60,707 bases of DNA from Candidatus Cloacimonadota bacterium (GCA_027064005.1 JAMOQM010000027.1:1-60707); one strand, 5' to 3'. Shown: positions 35,401-45,301, numbered from the stretch's first letter. The notes: generated by a model from the sequence alone, not told the origin. Program-made: numbers and translations.

Positions 35401-37711
35401 TGATATTGTTGCTACTCCTTCAATTGATGTTGAATTGCAAGAAGCTATGCTTCCACCTGCAAATGTTACTGTTGTAGAAAATGGTGATAATGCTGATGTT
35501 AGCTGGAGTGCTCATGGTGGATCCAGTGCAACTGAATTCCGTTGGGATGATGGTATTGTTACCGGTCAATTAGGATTTGGATCAAATCCATCTGCAGTAT
35601 TAGGTTCATCTCATATGAACAATGCTGTTGTTAATGAAGTAAGTTGGTTGTTAACAAGTGAAGCTGCTCATTCTGAAGCTGTAATCTACTTATTTGGATT
35701 AGACGAAACCGGAATGCCTGATGTAAATCAATTATTATTTGAATCGGATCCGGTTCCTAATGTTGATGATCAATGGAATACTTATACTCTTCCTACTCCA
35801 ATAAATGCTCCAAACGGATTCTTTGTTGGTATTTGTACACCTAACGTATTTACCGCTCTTGGTACTGATGACGGTGTTGATGAACCATACGTATTCCAAG
35901 AAGGTACACAATGGGGTATTGGTGATTGGACAGACGGTTCTAACGGTTGGTTGGACATTGGTCCTGCCGGTTTCCCATATAATTTCTTAGTAAGAGCTAT
36001 TGGCACGGATAATGGTGCATTAGATAGAACCGGTGTTGTTCAAAACAATATTCCTGTTGATAAAAAATTCGTTTCAGGATTAAATTCAGGTAAAGTTTCA
36101 CGTGTTATTAATGCTGGAACTCCAAACTGGACATCTTCAAGAAATGTTGTTTCTCATAAAGAATTAATGGCTTCAAGAGCTGTTATTAACTATAATGTTT
36201 ATCGTTTACTCGAAGGTAATGAAGCTGATCAAAGTACTTGGACAGATTTCGGTACGGTTGACGATACAACTTATACTGATACAGATTGGGCTTCTTTAGA
36301 ATCAGGTACTTATAAATATGCTGTTATCGCACATTATGCCGGTGGCGATGCAGATCCTGCTTTCTCAAATGTTCTTCCTCATTCAATGACTGCTATCGTT
36401 ACTTTGAATATTTCAAATAATGCCGGCGATCCTGTTGAAGGTGCAACTGTTTCTCTTGTAGAAGTTGATGGTGATCATACTTATGATGCTACAGTTCCTG
36501 CAAATGGTGTTGTTGAATTAGCTGAGGTTTGGAAATCTACTTATGATATGACTGTTCATTTAACAGGATTCGAAAACTACACAGCTCAACTTGTTGTAGA
36601 AGATGATCTTACACAAAATATCGAATTACAAGAAAATGTATTAGCTCCGGTTGGCTTAGATGTTCAAAATCAACCTGACGGTTCTTACAGATTTATGTGG
36701 CAAGCTCCAACAGCCGGTGGCGATGAATTCGCTGAAGGTTTTGAAGGTGGAGTTATTCCTGAAGATTGGACTGTTGTTGACGCTGATGGTGATTCCTATA
36801 ATTGGGATATTGCACCTGATGGTATTACCGCTCATACAGGCGATTACTGTGTTCTTTCTTCATCATATATTAATGGTGTCGGTGTTTTAACTCCGGACAA
36901 TTTCTTAATTACTCCACAAATTCAAGTTGGTGGCAGTTCTGTTCTTGATTTCTGGGAATGTGCACAAGATCCTGCTTGGGCTGCTGAACATTATTATGTA
37001 AAAGTATCTACTACAGGAACAGATCCTGCAGATTTCACAAACATAATTCATGATGAAACTTTAGCTGATGGTGATTGGCATGAAGTAACTATTAGTCTTG
37101 CTGATTTCGCAGGGCAACAAGTTTATCTTGCTTTTGAACATTGTGAAGTTACAGATATGTTTGCAATGAAATTAGATGACATCAGTGTTGGTGGAGCTAC
37201 TAAAGTTGCAAGTAATTCACATAAAGAATTAACTAATGATCGTCATGTAACAGGTTATAAAGTTTATATGAACGGTAACTTACAAGGAACTACAACAGAT
37301 ACTTATTGGGATTTCTCAGAATTAGAATCAGGTAATTATACAGCCGGTGTAAAAGCTATTTATTCATCAGGTTCAGAATCTGATTTAGTAACAATTGATT
37401 TCGTTGACAACGATAATCCTGTTCAAATTCCAAAAGTAACTAAACTTAATAAAAACTATCCTAATCCTTTCAATCCTGAAACTACAATCAGTTATTCAGT
37501 TAAGAATGCCGGTCCGGTTTCAATTAATATCTTCAATATTAAAGGGCAAAAAATTCGCACCTTAGTTAATGAAGATAAAGTTGCCGGAAATTACAAAGTT
37601 GTTTGGAAAGGTTTAGACAACAATAATAAAAAAGTTGCAAGTGGTATCTATTTCTACAGAATGAAATCCGGAAACTATACTTCAACTAAAAAAATGATTC
37701 TTATGAAGTAA
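32411..37711 (+). CDS. Giant secreted surface protein 1 (1766 aa), a T9SS cargo
   Basis: Signal peptide. Jelly-roll / cleaved-adhesin (choice-of-anchor-J-like) modules at both ends (DWTVVDADGDSYNW...KLDDISVGG). CarboxypepD_reg-like modules (ANVTIHGEDT...TDANGHYNF). A twice-repeated ~163-aa module (EFRWDDG...FLVRA). C-terminal KNYPNPFNPETTISY...GIYFYRM...KKMILMK. Confidence 0.85.
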   Translation: MSRTKLGVVVFLLMFSFALWGQTVAWTETFDTDPGTWTLDSNWSIGGGELKLNWNPSVENYDLSAISPEITLPENVGDVIISQYIDDYSDDTGEMMEISVIAGGEDNVVWSYNLDENDDWGVTGGEDLPLSLTDYAGQTIQLKFRSTGGTTYNFNFWHIYQVDIMANLANDMAALTVTGNVTPTVGQETNYTVTVKNTSSNPQSDYIVKLMGEGDVELNSVAGPALDANAEGQVVLAWTPETAGNTFIYGKVILEGDEFAGNDVTPNLNIGVQNSGTTGITIGNGQDLQNHYPINFFWKSSLSETMYYPEEIQAGGLLEGIQYYYNFAEDLPAKQANVWVGETTAQDFSAGWIPSTELTQVFSGTLDYVTGDGSVHIVFDTPIPYTGGNLVVLLERPLDGDYYSSSDKFYTTTSEDHPNRSICYYSDSTPGDPTAPPEGTVESVFPNCTLFMNVQGMGTLNGDVVDADSNPLANVTIHGEDTNLTTMTDANGHYNFAYFPQGDYNITASLHGYVDNTQAVTVVEDETSTLDFSLVQLPTVNVTGTVTKSDTEELAEGADISLVGYDEEYTATTDASGAFAIPGVYSGHDYVITVHVDGYQTYTSTVNVGDADVDLPIVVDEVTHPARDVVATVNDNNADITWRSPADGTEVVEFRWDDGVATSQLGFGSNPSSVLGSSHMNNAVINEVSWYLTSEAAHTEAVIYLFGLDETGMPDVNQLLFESDPVPNVDDQWNTYTLPAPINAPNGFFVGICTPNIFTAIATDDGVDEPYVFQEGTQWGIADWTDGSNDWLDVGPAGFPYNFLVRAQGIDNGPLARNNNIAMNHKVNNSGLTGSSLNRRVVTGTPAWNSDRTFESYSVYRLLLGNEADENTWTEIASAIPDTNYTDTDWASLETGLYEYAVKANFSNNVQSDPAFSNWLPKDMTSAFDVNVTTNVGDDPEGADVHLVCTTADPDGNIPEYDAVVTNGTAHFDDVWNGIYDITVSLAGFDNAVVEGVDIVATPSIDVELQEAMLPPANVTVVENGDNADVSWSAHGGSSATEFRWDDGIVTGQLGFGSNPSAVLGSSHMNNAVVNEVSWLLTSEAAHSEAVIYLFGLDETGMPDVNQLLFESDPVPNVDDQWNTYTLPTPINAPNGFFVGICTPNVFTALGTDDGVDEPYVFQEGTQWGIGDWTDGSNGWLDIGPAGFPYNFLVRAIGTDNGALDRTGVVQNNIPVDKKFVSGLNSGKVSRVINAGTPNWTSSRNVVSHKELMASRAVINYNVYRLLEGNEADQSTWTDFGTVDDTTYTDTDWASLESGTYKYAVIAHYAGGDADPAFSNVLPHSMTAIVTLNISNNAGDPVEGATVSLVEVDGDHTYDATVPANGVVELAEVWKSTYDMTVHLTGFENYTAQLVVEDDLTQNIELQENVLAPVGLDVQNQPDGSYRFMWQAPTAGGDEFAEGFEGGVIPEDWTVVDADGDSYNWDIAPDGITAHTGDYCVLSSSYINGVGVLTPDNFLITPQIQVGGSSVLDFWECAQDPAWAAEHYYVKVSTTGTDPADFTNIIHDETLADGDWHEVTISLADFAGQQVYLAFEHCEVTDMFAMKLDDISVGGATKVASNSHKELTNDRHVTGYKVYMNGNLQGTTTDTYWDFSELESGNYTAGVKAIYSSGSESDLVTIDFVDNDNPVQIPKVTKLNKNYPNPFNPETTISYSVKNAGPVSINIFNIKGQKIRTLVNEDKVAGNYKVVWKGLDNNNKKVASGIYFYRMKSGNYTSTKKMILMK

Positions 37712-37730
37712 GATCGTTTGTAAATTAAAA

Positions 37731-37757
37731 CTCCCTTCTTTGAAGGGAGTTTTTTTT
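37731..37757 (+). terminator. Rho-independent terminator
   Basis: CTCCCTTC-TTT-GAAGGGAG plus T8. Identical to the terminator at 43641-43667. Confidence 0.8.
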
Positions 37758-38171
37758 ATTCCTCACATCTCTTGAAATCCTTAAAGACTATAAGTTGACT
37801 CATTCATAATAGTGTATAAAAATTAAAATAAAGATTACCTTTATATGAGTATTTTTAATTTGTAAATTGTAAAAAGATAAAACGGATATTCATTAAAGAG
37901 ACCAATAAAAAATGTTTCGGAAGAAAATGACTATAGTTTAGATTAGGGGGTACGAAAGTAAAAGTTTCCATTGCCACATGTTGCTGAAACAGTTTTAATA
38001 TAATGCACTTTACGAAATTTTACAATAAAGAATAACAATTTTGGGATTATTTTTTATCATCATAAACTTCCATATTATTTAAAAATAGAAATTGCCGGTT
38101 TAAGTACGAGATTAATATGCGATTAGACTTTTTTTAAAATTACTATAGTTGACAAGTGAATCATAAAAAGG

Positions 38172-38199
38172 TTGACAATCATTTCCCTATTATTAAAAA
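38172..38199 (+). promoter_or_regulatory. Candidate promoter of giant gene 2 (TTGACA-N16-TAAAAA)
   Basis: Conserved counterpart of 32233-32260. Confidence 0.35.
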
Positions 38200-38304
38200 G
38201 ACTAAATTATATGATTAGATTATAGAAAAATTAGGAAGATTTTTTTTCGTATTTAGTGTCTTTATTGTTTATTATTAGTATTATTCATCAAACTAACACA
38301 TAAC

Positions 38305-38322
38305 ATTTTCTGAGGAGAAAAT
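38305..38322 (+). promoter_or_regulatory. SD-embedding hairpin AUUUUCU-GAGG-AGAAAAU ending 2 nt before the start codon
   Basis: Counterpart of 32392-32409 with a compensatory double substitution. Confidence 0.5.
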
Positions 38323-38323
38323 T

Positions 38324-41300
38324 ATGAATCAAACTAAAATTAGTATATTAGTGCTATTGTTAATGTTTTCATTTACTTTATGGGGACAAACGATTGCTTG
38401 GTCAGAGTCATTTGATACAAATCCGGGAACTTGGACTCTAGAATCAAATTGGGAGATTTCTAATAATAGATTAGAATTATCTTGGCATCCAACGACAGAG
38501 AATTATGATATGACAGCAATATCTCCTGAAATAATTTTACCACAAAATGTAGGTGATTTAATTATTTCACAATATATTAGCGATTATTCTATTGATACAG
38601 GTGAAGTAATGGAAATATCCGTTATTGCCGGTGGGGAAGAGAATCTTATTTGGTCTTACAACCTTGACGAAAATGATGACTGGGGGGTTGATAACGGAGC
38701 GGATCTTCCATTATCGTTAACAAATTATGCCGGTCAAACAATTCAATTAAAATTCAGAAGTTACGGTGGTACAACCTATAATTTTAATTATTGGCGTATT
38801 TATCAAATAAACATAATGGCTAATTTGCCCAATGATATGGCTGCTTTAAATGTAAGCGGAAATACAACACCAACAGTTGGACAAGAAACAAGTTATACCA
38901 TTACTATAAAGAACGTTTCTTCAAATCCACAATCTGACTATATAGTTAAATTAATTGGTGAAGGCGATGTTGAACTTGATAGTATTGCCGGTCCTGCTTT
39001 AGATGCAAATGCTGAAGAGCAAGTTGTTCTCGCTTGGACTCCTGAAAATGCTGTAAATACTTTCGTTTATGGTCAAGTGATTTTAGCTGGTGATGAACAT
39101 CCTGAAAATGATAGAACACCGAATCTTAATATAGGTGTACAAAATACTACCACAACTGCGATAAACATAGGTACTGGTATTGATTTACAAAATCACTTGC
39201 CTATCGATTTTCGTTACAACAGTAGTTTAAGTGAAACCATGTTTTATCCTGAAGAAATTCAAGCCAATGGGATGATTAATGGAATTCAATATCATACTAA
39301 CTTTGCTGAAAATTTATTTGGTCAGATTACTAATGTATGGGTAGGTGAAACTACGCTTGATAATTTTTCCGGAGGCTGGATTCCTTCTACAGAATTAACT
39401 CAAGTTTTTTCAGGAACTTTAGATTACACTTTTGGTGACGGGACTGTTTATATTGGTTTTAATTCACCAATATATTATAATGGTGAAAATTTAGTTGTAA
39501 TGATAGAAAAACCTTTGGAAGAATCATATTCTTATCACGATAGATTTTATTCCACAACTTCTATAGAACATCCTGCAAGATCAATTTGTTATCATAATGA
39601 TGGTAATCCGGCTGATCCTGCATCTCCACCAACGGGGATATTAGAAGACATATTTCCTAATTGTACTTTATTTGTGGATGGTCAAGGAATGGGTTCTCTT
39701 AGTGGTAACGTTGTTGATGCTGAATCAAATCCATTAGCAAACGTAACTATTCATGGTGAAAATACGAACTACTCAACTTTAACCGATGCAAATGGTCATT
39801 ACGACTTTGCTTATTTTCCACCTGGAGATTACAACATTACTGCAAGCCTTCATGGATTTATTGATAGTACGCAACCGATTGTTATTGTTGAAGGCGAAAC
39901 TTCTACTTTAGATTTTTCTCTTGAACTATCGCCCTATGTTAGTGTAACAGGAACTGTCACAAAGAGTGATACTCAAGAGCTTGTTGAAGGAGCTGCAATA
40001 ACTTTAGTTGGTTATAATGAAGAATATGATGCTTCAACATCTGCAGATGGTACTTTTTCAATTGATAATGTTTATCCTAATCATGATTATGTGATTACTG
40101 TTAGTGTTGACGGATATCAGACTTATACTTCAACCGTTACTGTTGGTGATGCAGATGTTGATTTGGCGATCATTGTCAATGAAGAAATCCATTCGGCAAG
40201 AGATGTTGTTGCAGTAATAAATTCTAATAACGCCGAGATTTCATGGAAAGCTCCTATTGATTATTCTCAACTAACTGAATTTCGTTGGGATGATGGAGTT
40301 GCGACAGGTCAATTAGGATTTGGACCTCAACCTTCGGCAGTTTTAGGGTCATCATATATGAATAATTCTGTGATTTGCGACGTAAGTTGGTATTTAACAA
40401 GCAATATTTCTCATAACGAAGTAATTGTCTATTTATTTGGTTTAGATGAAACCGGAACACCGGATGTAAATCAATTATTATATCAATCCGGCTTGATTCC
40501 TAACATTGATGATCAATGGAATACATTCACTCTTCCTGTTCCAATAAATGCTCCAAACGGTTTCTTTGTTGGTGTTTGTACACCGAATTTATTTACCTCT
40601 CTCGCTGTTGATGACGGCGTTGGTGAACCATACGTATTCCAAGAAGGTACACAATGGGGTATTGCTGATTGGACAGACGGTTCAAATAGTTGGACAGATA
40701 TTGGCCCTGCAGGTTTTCCAAATAACTTTTTAATAAGAGCTAACGGTCTTGATAATGGTCCTTTAGTTAGAAATAATAATATTGCAATGAATCATAAAGT
40801 TAACAATTCCGGCTTAGTAGGTTCATCTTTAAATAAAAAAGTTGTAACAGGAACTCCAACTTTGAACGTAAATAGAGTTTTTGAAAGTTATTCGGTATAT
40901 AGATTTTTATTTGGAAACGAAGTTGATGAAACTACTTGGACGGAAATTGCTTCTGCTATTTCTGATACAAATTATACTGATACAGATTGGATGTCTCTTG
41001 ATACCGGTGTATATGAGTATGCTGTTAAAGCAAATTTTTCAAATAATGTTCAATCAGATCCTGCTTTCTCAAATTGGTTACCCAAAAATCTTACATCTGC
41101 ATTTGAGGTAAATGTAACAACAAATGTTGGTGATGATCCGGAAGGTGCAGAAGTACATCTTGTTTGTAATACTACCGATCCGGACGGAAATATTCCTGAA
41201 TATGATGCTGTTGTGGAAAATGGTACAGCACATTTTGATGATGTTTGGATTGGTGTTTATAATATATTAGTTTCTTTAGAAGGTTTTCATAATGCTGTAG

Positions 41301-43621
41301 TTAATGGCGTAGATATTGCAACAACTTCATCGATTGATGTTGAATTGGAAGAAGCTTTGCTTCCGCCAGCGAATGTCAACGTTGTCGAAAATGGCGATAA
41401 TGCTGATGTTTTTTGGAGTAGCCAAGGCAGTTACAATGTAAATGAGTTTCGTTGGGATGATGGTATTGCTACAGGTCAAATAGGTTTTGGTTCAAATCAC
41501 GCATCTGTATTAGGCTCATCTCATATGAATAATGCGATTGTTAATCAAGTTAGTTGGTATTTAACGAGTAATGCTGCTCATGATAATGCAATAATTTACA
41601 TATTTGGATTAGATGAAACGGGAATGCCTGATGTAAGTCAATTATTATATCAATCAGACTCAGTTCCCAGCATTGATGATCAATGGAATACTTACACTCT
41701 TCCTACTCCAATAAATGCTCCTAACGGATTTTTTGTTGGGATAAGTACTCCGGGAGTATTTACAGCTCTTGGACTTGATGATGGTATTGATGCACCATAC
41801 GTATTCCAAGAAGGTACACAATGGGGTATTGCTAATTGGGAAGAAGGTACAAATAACTGGATTGATATCGGTGATGCGGGTTTTCCATTTAACGTTTTAG
41901 TTCGAGCTAAAGGTATTGATAATGGAGCATTAGATAGAACTAGTATTGTTCACAATAATATTCCTGTTGATAAAAAATTCGTTTCAGGATTAAATTCAGG
42001 TAAGGTTTTCCGTGCAATTAATACAGGAACTCCAAACTGGACATCTTCAAGAAATGTTATTTCTCATAAAGAATTAGAAACTCAAAAAAGTGTACTTAAT
42101 TATAATGTTTATCGTTTACAAGAAGGTAATGAAACTGATCAAACTACTTGGATAGATTTCGGTACGGTTGACGATACAACTTATACTGATACTAATTGGG
42201 ATGGTCTGGAACCCGGTATGTACAAATATGCAGTAATCGCACATTTTGCTAATGGGAATTCATTTCCTGCTTTCTCAAATACTCTTCCACATTTAATGAT
42301 AGCAAACGTTACTTTGAATATTTCAAATAACGCCGGTGATCCTGTTGAAGGTGCAACTGTTTCTCTCGTAGAAGTTGATGGTGAACACACTTATGATGCT
42401 ACAGTTCCGGCAAATGGTGTTGTTGAATTGGCTGAGGTTTGGAAAACAACATATAACATGACTATTCAATTAGATGGTTTTGTTAATTTTACAGCTCAAC
42501 TTGTTGTAGAAGATGACGTTACACAAAATATTGAATTACAAGAAAACGTATTAGCTCCGGTTGATTTAGAAATTCAAAATCAACCTGACGGATCTTACAG
42601 ATTTTCTTGGCAAGGACCAACAGTTGGTGGAGATGAATTTGCTGAAGGTTTTGAAGGCGGAGTTATCCCTGAAGATTGGACTGTTGTTGACGCTGATGGG
42701 GATTCCTATAATTGGGATATTGCCGATGAAGGTACTACAGCTCATACAGGAGATCACTGTGTTTTTTCTTCATCATATATTAATGGTGTCGGTGCTTTAA
42801 CTCCTGATAATTTCTTAATTTCTCCACAAATTCAAGTTGGTGGCAGTTCTGTTCTTGATTTCTGGGAATGTGCACAAGATCCTGCTTGGGCTGGTGAACA
42901 TTATTATGTAAAAGTATCTACTACAGGAACAGATCCTGCAGATTTCACAAACATAATTCATGATGAAACTTTAGCTGATGGTGATTGGCATGAAGTAAAT
43001 ATTAGTCTTGCTGATTTTGCAGGACAACAAGTTTATCTCGCGTTTGAACATTGTGAAGTTACAGATATGTTTGCAATGAAATTAGATGATATTAGTGTTG
43101 GTGGAGCTACTAAAGTTGCAAGTAATTCACATAAAGAATTAACTAATGATCGTCATGTAACCGGTTATAAAGTTTATATGAATGGTAACTTACAAGGAAC
43201 TACAACAGATACTTATTGGGATTTCTCAGAATTAGAATCAGGTAATTATACAGCCGGTGTAAAAGCTGTTTATTCTTCAGGTTCAGAATCTGATTTAGCA
43301 ACAATTGATTTCGTTGATAACGATAATCCTGTTCAAATTCCAAAAGTAACTAAACTTAATAAAAACTATCCTAATCCTTTCAATCCTGAAACTACAATCA
43401 GTTATTCAGTTAAGAATGCCGGTCCGGTTTCAATTAATATTTTCAATATTAAAGGACAAAAAATTAATACTTTAGTAAACGAAAGCAAAGCTGCCGGAAA
43501 TTACAAAATTGTTTGGAAAGGTTTAGACAACAATAATAAAAAAGTTGCAAGTGGTATCTATTTCTACAGAATGAAATCCGGAAACTATACTTCAACTAAA
43601 AAAATGATTCTTATGAAATAA
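38324..43621 (+). CDS. Giant secreted surface protein 2 (1765 aa), a T9SS cargo and tandem paralogue of 32411..37711
   Basis: Collinear with gene 1 along its whole length. It is moderately diverged in the N-terminal three quarters and nearly identical in the last ~400 aa. Same CTD and terminator. Confidence 0.85.
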   Translation: MNQTKISILVLLLMFSFTLWGQTIAWSESFDTNPGTWTLESNWEISNNRLELSWHPTTENYDMTAISPEIILPQNVGDLIISQYISDYSIDTGEVMEISVIAGGEENLIWSYNLDENDDWGVDNGADLPLSLTNYAGQTIQLKFRSYGGTTYNFNYWRIYQINIMANLPNDMAALNVSGNTTPTVGQETSYTITIKNVSSNPQSDYIVKLIGEGDVELDSIAGPALDANAEEQVVLAWTPENAVNTFVYGQVILAGDEHPENDRTPNLNIGVQNTTTTAINIGTGIDLQNHLPIDFRYNSSLSETMFYPEEIQANGMINGIQYHTNFAENLFGQITNVWVGETTLDNFSGGWIPSTELTQVFSGTLDYTFGDGTVYIGFNSPIYYNGENLVVMIEKPLEESYSYHDRFYSTTSIEHPARSICYHNDGNPADPASPPTGILEDIFPNCTLFVDGQGMGSLSGNVVDAESNPLANVTIHGENTNYSTLTDANGHYDFAYFPPGDYNITASLHGFIDSTQPIVIVEGETSTLDFSLELSPYVSVTGTVTKSDTQELVEGAAITLVGYNEEYDASTSADGTFSIDNVYPNHDYVITVSVDGYQTYTSTVTVGDADVDLAIIVNEEIHSARDVVAVINSNNAEISWKAPIDYSQLTEFRWDDGVATGQLGFGPQPSAVLGSSYMNNSVICDVSWYLTSNISHNEVIVYLFGLDETGTPDVNQLLYQSGLIPNIDDQWNTFTLPVPINAPNGFFVGVCTPNLFTSLAVDDGVGEPYVFQEGTQWGIADWTDGSNSWTDIGPAGFPNNFLIRANGLDNGPLVRNNNIAMNHKVNNSGLVGSSLNKKVVTGTPTLNVNRVFESYSVYRFLFGNEVDETTWTEIASAISDTNYTDTDWMSLDTGVYEYAVKANFSNNVQSDPAFSNWLPKNLTSAFEVNVTTNVGDDPEGAEVHLVCNTTDPDGNIPEYDAVVENGTAHFDDVWIGVYNILVSLEGFHNAVVNGVDIATTSSIDVELEEALLPPANVNVVENGDNADVFWSSQGSYNVNEFRWDDGIATGQIGFGSNHASVLGSSHMNNAIVNQVSWYLTSNAAHDNAIIYIFGLDETGMPDVSQLLYQSDSVPSIDDQWNTYTLPTPINAPNGFFVGISTPGVFTALGLDDGIDAPYVFQEGTQWGIANWEEGTNNWIDIGDAGFPFNVLVRAKGIDNGALDRTSIVHNNIPVDKKFVSGLNSGKVFRAINTGTPNWTSSRNVISHKELETQKSVLNYNVYRLQEGNETDQTTWIDFGTVDDTTYTDTNWDGLEPGMYKYAVIAHFANGNSFPAFSNTLPHLMIANVTLNISNNAGDPVEGATVSLVEVDGEHTYDATVPANGVVELAEVWKTTYNMTIQLDGFVNFTAQLVVEDDVTQNIELQENVLAPVDLEIQNQPDGSYRFSWQGPTVGGDEFAEGFEGGVIPEDWTVVDADGDSYNWDIADEGTTAHTGDHCVFSSSYINGVGALTPDNFLISPQIQVGGSSVLDFWECAQDPAWAGEHYYVKVSTTGTDPADFTNIIHDETLADGDWHEVNISLADFAGQQVYLAFEHCEVTDMFAMKLDDISVGGATKVASNSHKELTNDRHVTGYKVYMNGNLQGTTTDTYWDFSELESGNYTAGVKAVYSSGSESDLATIDFVDNDNPVQIPKVTKLNKNYPNPFNPETTISYSVKNAGPVSINIFNIKGQKINTLVNESKAAGNYKIVWKGLDNNNKKVASGIYFYRMKSGNYTSTKKMILMK

Positions 43622-43640
43622 GATCGTTTGTAAATTAAAA

Positions 43641-43667
43641 CTCCCTTCTTTGAAGGGAGTTTTTTTT
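43641..43667 (+). terminator. Rho-independent terminator
   Basis: CTCCCTTC-TTT-GAAGGGAG plus T8. Confidence 0.8.
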
Positions 43668-43718
43668 ATTCTAATTGACTGATTAAGTTGATTTCTTATT
43701 TTAAATTTGAGGTTGATA

Positions 43719-44693
43719 ATGAAAATAATCAGTAAAAAAATATTTGAGAATAAAAATCTTCTAATTGCCCCGTTTAATACAAAATTGGGCTTATCTTTAG
43801 TTTCAACAGATATGATAAAAGCTCAACTAAATCCCAATATTCATTTCAAAGTAATTGAATCTCTCTATAAAATTCTTCATCAAGATATTGTTTTTCCTTT
43901 AATGGATGTTTTTTTAGAAGCGAACGCAATTAATCGGATTTCAAAATCTAAAAATGAAAAAATATTTGCTGAAAATATGTACGAATGGAAAAAAATTAAA
44001 AATGATTTATACCTCCAAAATTATCTTAAAACTGTAGAATTAATGGCGAAAACCCTTCCAAAAAAAGTAATTAAAGGAGCGTTTGTTACCGCACCATTTA
44101 CACTGGCTTCAATTATTAACGGGCTAAAAAAAACTAAAAATGATGTTCTTGTTGAAAACGACAAATTTCTGTCTTTAATAAATCTTTTAAAAAAAATCTC
44201 AGCTAATCTTGTGGAAAATTTGATTGAAGTTGGGGCGGATTTTATCTGTGTTTTAGATCCAATGGCAAGTTTGTTGAATTCTGAAAATATTCAAAAATTT
44301 TCTTTGAAAAGTTTGAATGATATTACAAAGATATGTAATAGAAAAAATGTCATTTCTGCACTTCATATTTGTGGAAATATTACCCCTATTATTGAGAATA
44401 TTTTTTCGGCGAATTTTGATGTTTTAAGCATTGATTCCGAAGATGCCGGCGTAAATATTGCTGAGATTTCAAAAATAATTCCGGAAAATCTTGTTTTAAT
44501 GGGTAATTTAAATCCAAAAGGAAAATTGTTTTCCGGTACTTCCAAAGAAGTTGAAAGCGAAGTTGTTAAATTGCTAAAGTCGATGAAAGAAAAGCAAAAT
44601 TTTATTTTGGGAACCGGTTGTGATTTGCCAAAAAATACACCTTTGGAAAATATGATTAGCTTTGTTAATTCGGGCAGAAATTTTTCAAAGTAA
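43719..44693 (+). CDS. Uroporphyrinogen-decarboxylase (URO-D) family protein, possibly an MtaA/CmuA-like methyltransferase
   Basis: FVTAPFTLAS, ICVLDPMAS, LHICGN and LMGNLNP...GTGCDLP match the URO-D fold pattern. ATG 43719 after GAGG is preferred to the listed TTG. Confidence 0.6.
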   Translation: MKIISKKIFENKNLLIAPFNTKLGLSLVSTDMIKAQLNPNIHFKVIESLYKILHQDIVFPLMDVFLEANAINRISKSKNEKIFAENMYEWKKIKNDLYLQNYLKTVELMAKTLPKKVIKGAFVTAPFTLASIINGLKKTKNDVLVENDKFLSLINLLKKISANLVENLIEVGADFICVLDPMASLLNSENIQKFSLKSLNDITKICNRKNVISALHICGNITPIIENIFSANFDVLSIDSEDAGVNIAEISKIIPENLVLMGNLNPKGKLFSGTSKEVESEVVKLLKSMKEKQNFILGTGCDLPKNTPLENMISFVNSGRNFSK

Positions 44694-44764
44694 TTTTCGT
44701 AAAACTTAAAAATAACTTGAACAATAATTAGCTAAACTTTTTATTGTATCAAAAGGAGAAAACA

Positions 44765-45301
44765 ATGAGAATTAACCAAAATAACGCTATTTTTGTGATG
44801 ATCGATATTCAGGAAAAATTTATTCCGGTTATTCCTGATCTTGATTTAATTATTAAGAATTCCTCTATTTTAAACAAATCTGCGGAAATTTTAGGCATTC
44901 CGCAAATTGTTACAGAACAATACCCTAAAGGTTTAGGTAAGACCATCAATACTATTTACAGGTCGGAAAATGCAAAAATTTTTGAAAAAAATGGTTTCAG
45001 CATTTTTAATGATGAAATAAAAAAACACCTTATTTCTTTAAACAAACAAATTTTGGTTTTATACGGAATTGAAGCTCATATTTGTCTAACTCAAACTGCT
45101 TTAGACGCTTTAAAAAATAGTTACAATGTGTATTTTGTGGCTGATGCCGTTTCTTCACGAGATTTATTTAGTAAAGAAATTGCTTTTAGAAGACTTGAAC
45201 AGGCGGGAGTAAAATTGGTTACCACCGAAATGCTATTGTTTGAAATTCTTGAGTCATCAAAACATCCCAATTTTAAAGAAATATCAAACTTAGTAAAATG
45301 A
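44765..45301 (+). CDS. Isochorismatase-family hydrolase
   Basis: IFVMIDIQEKF, LYGIEAHICLTQTALD, VADAVSSR. ATG 44765 follows AAGGAG. Confidence 0.75.
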   Translation: MRINQNNAIFVMIDIQEKFIPVIPDLDLIIKNSSILNKSAEILGIPQIVTEQYPKGLGKTINTIYRSENAKIFEKNGFSIFNDEIKKHLISLNKQILVLYGIEAHICLTQTALDALKNSYNVYFVADAVSSRDLFSKEIAFRRLEQAGVKLVTTEMLLFEILESSKHPNFKEISNLVK

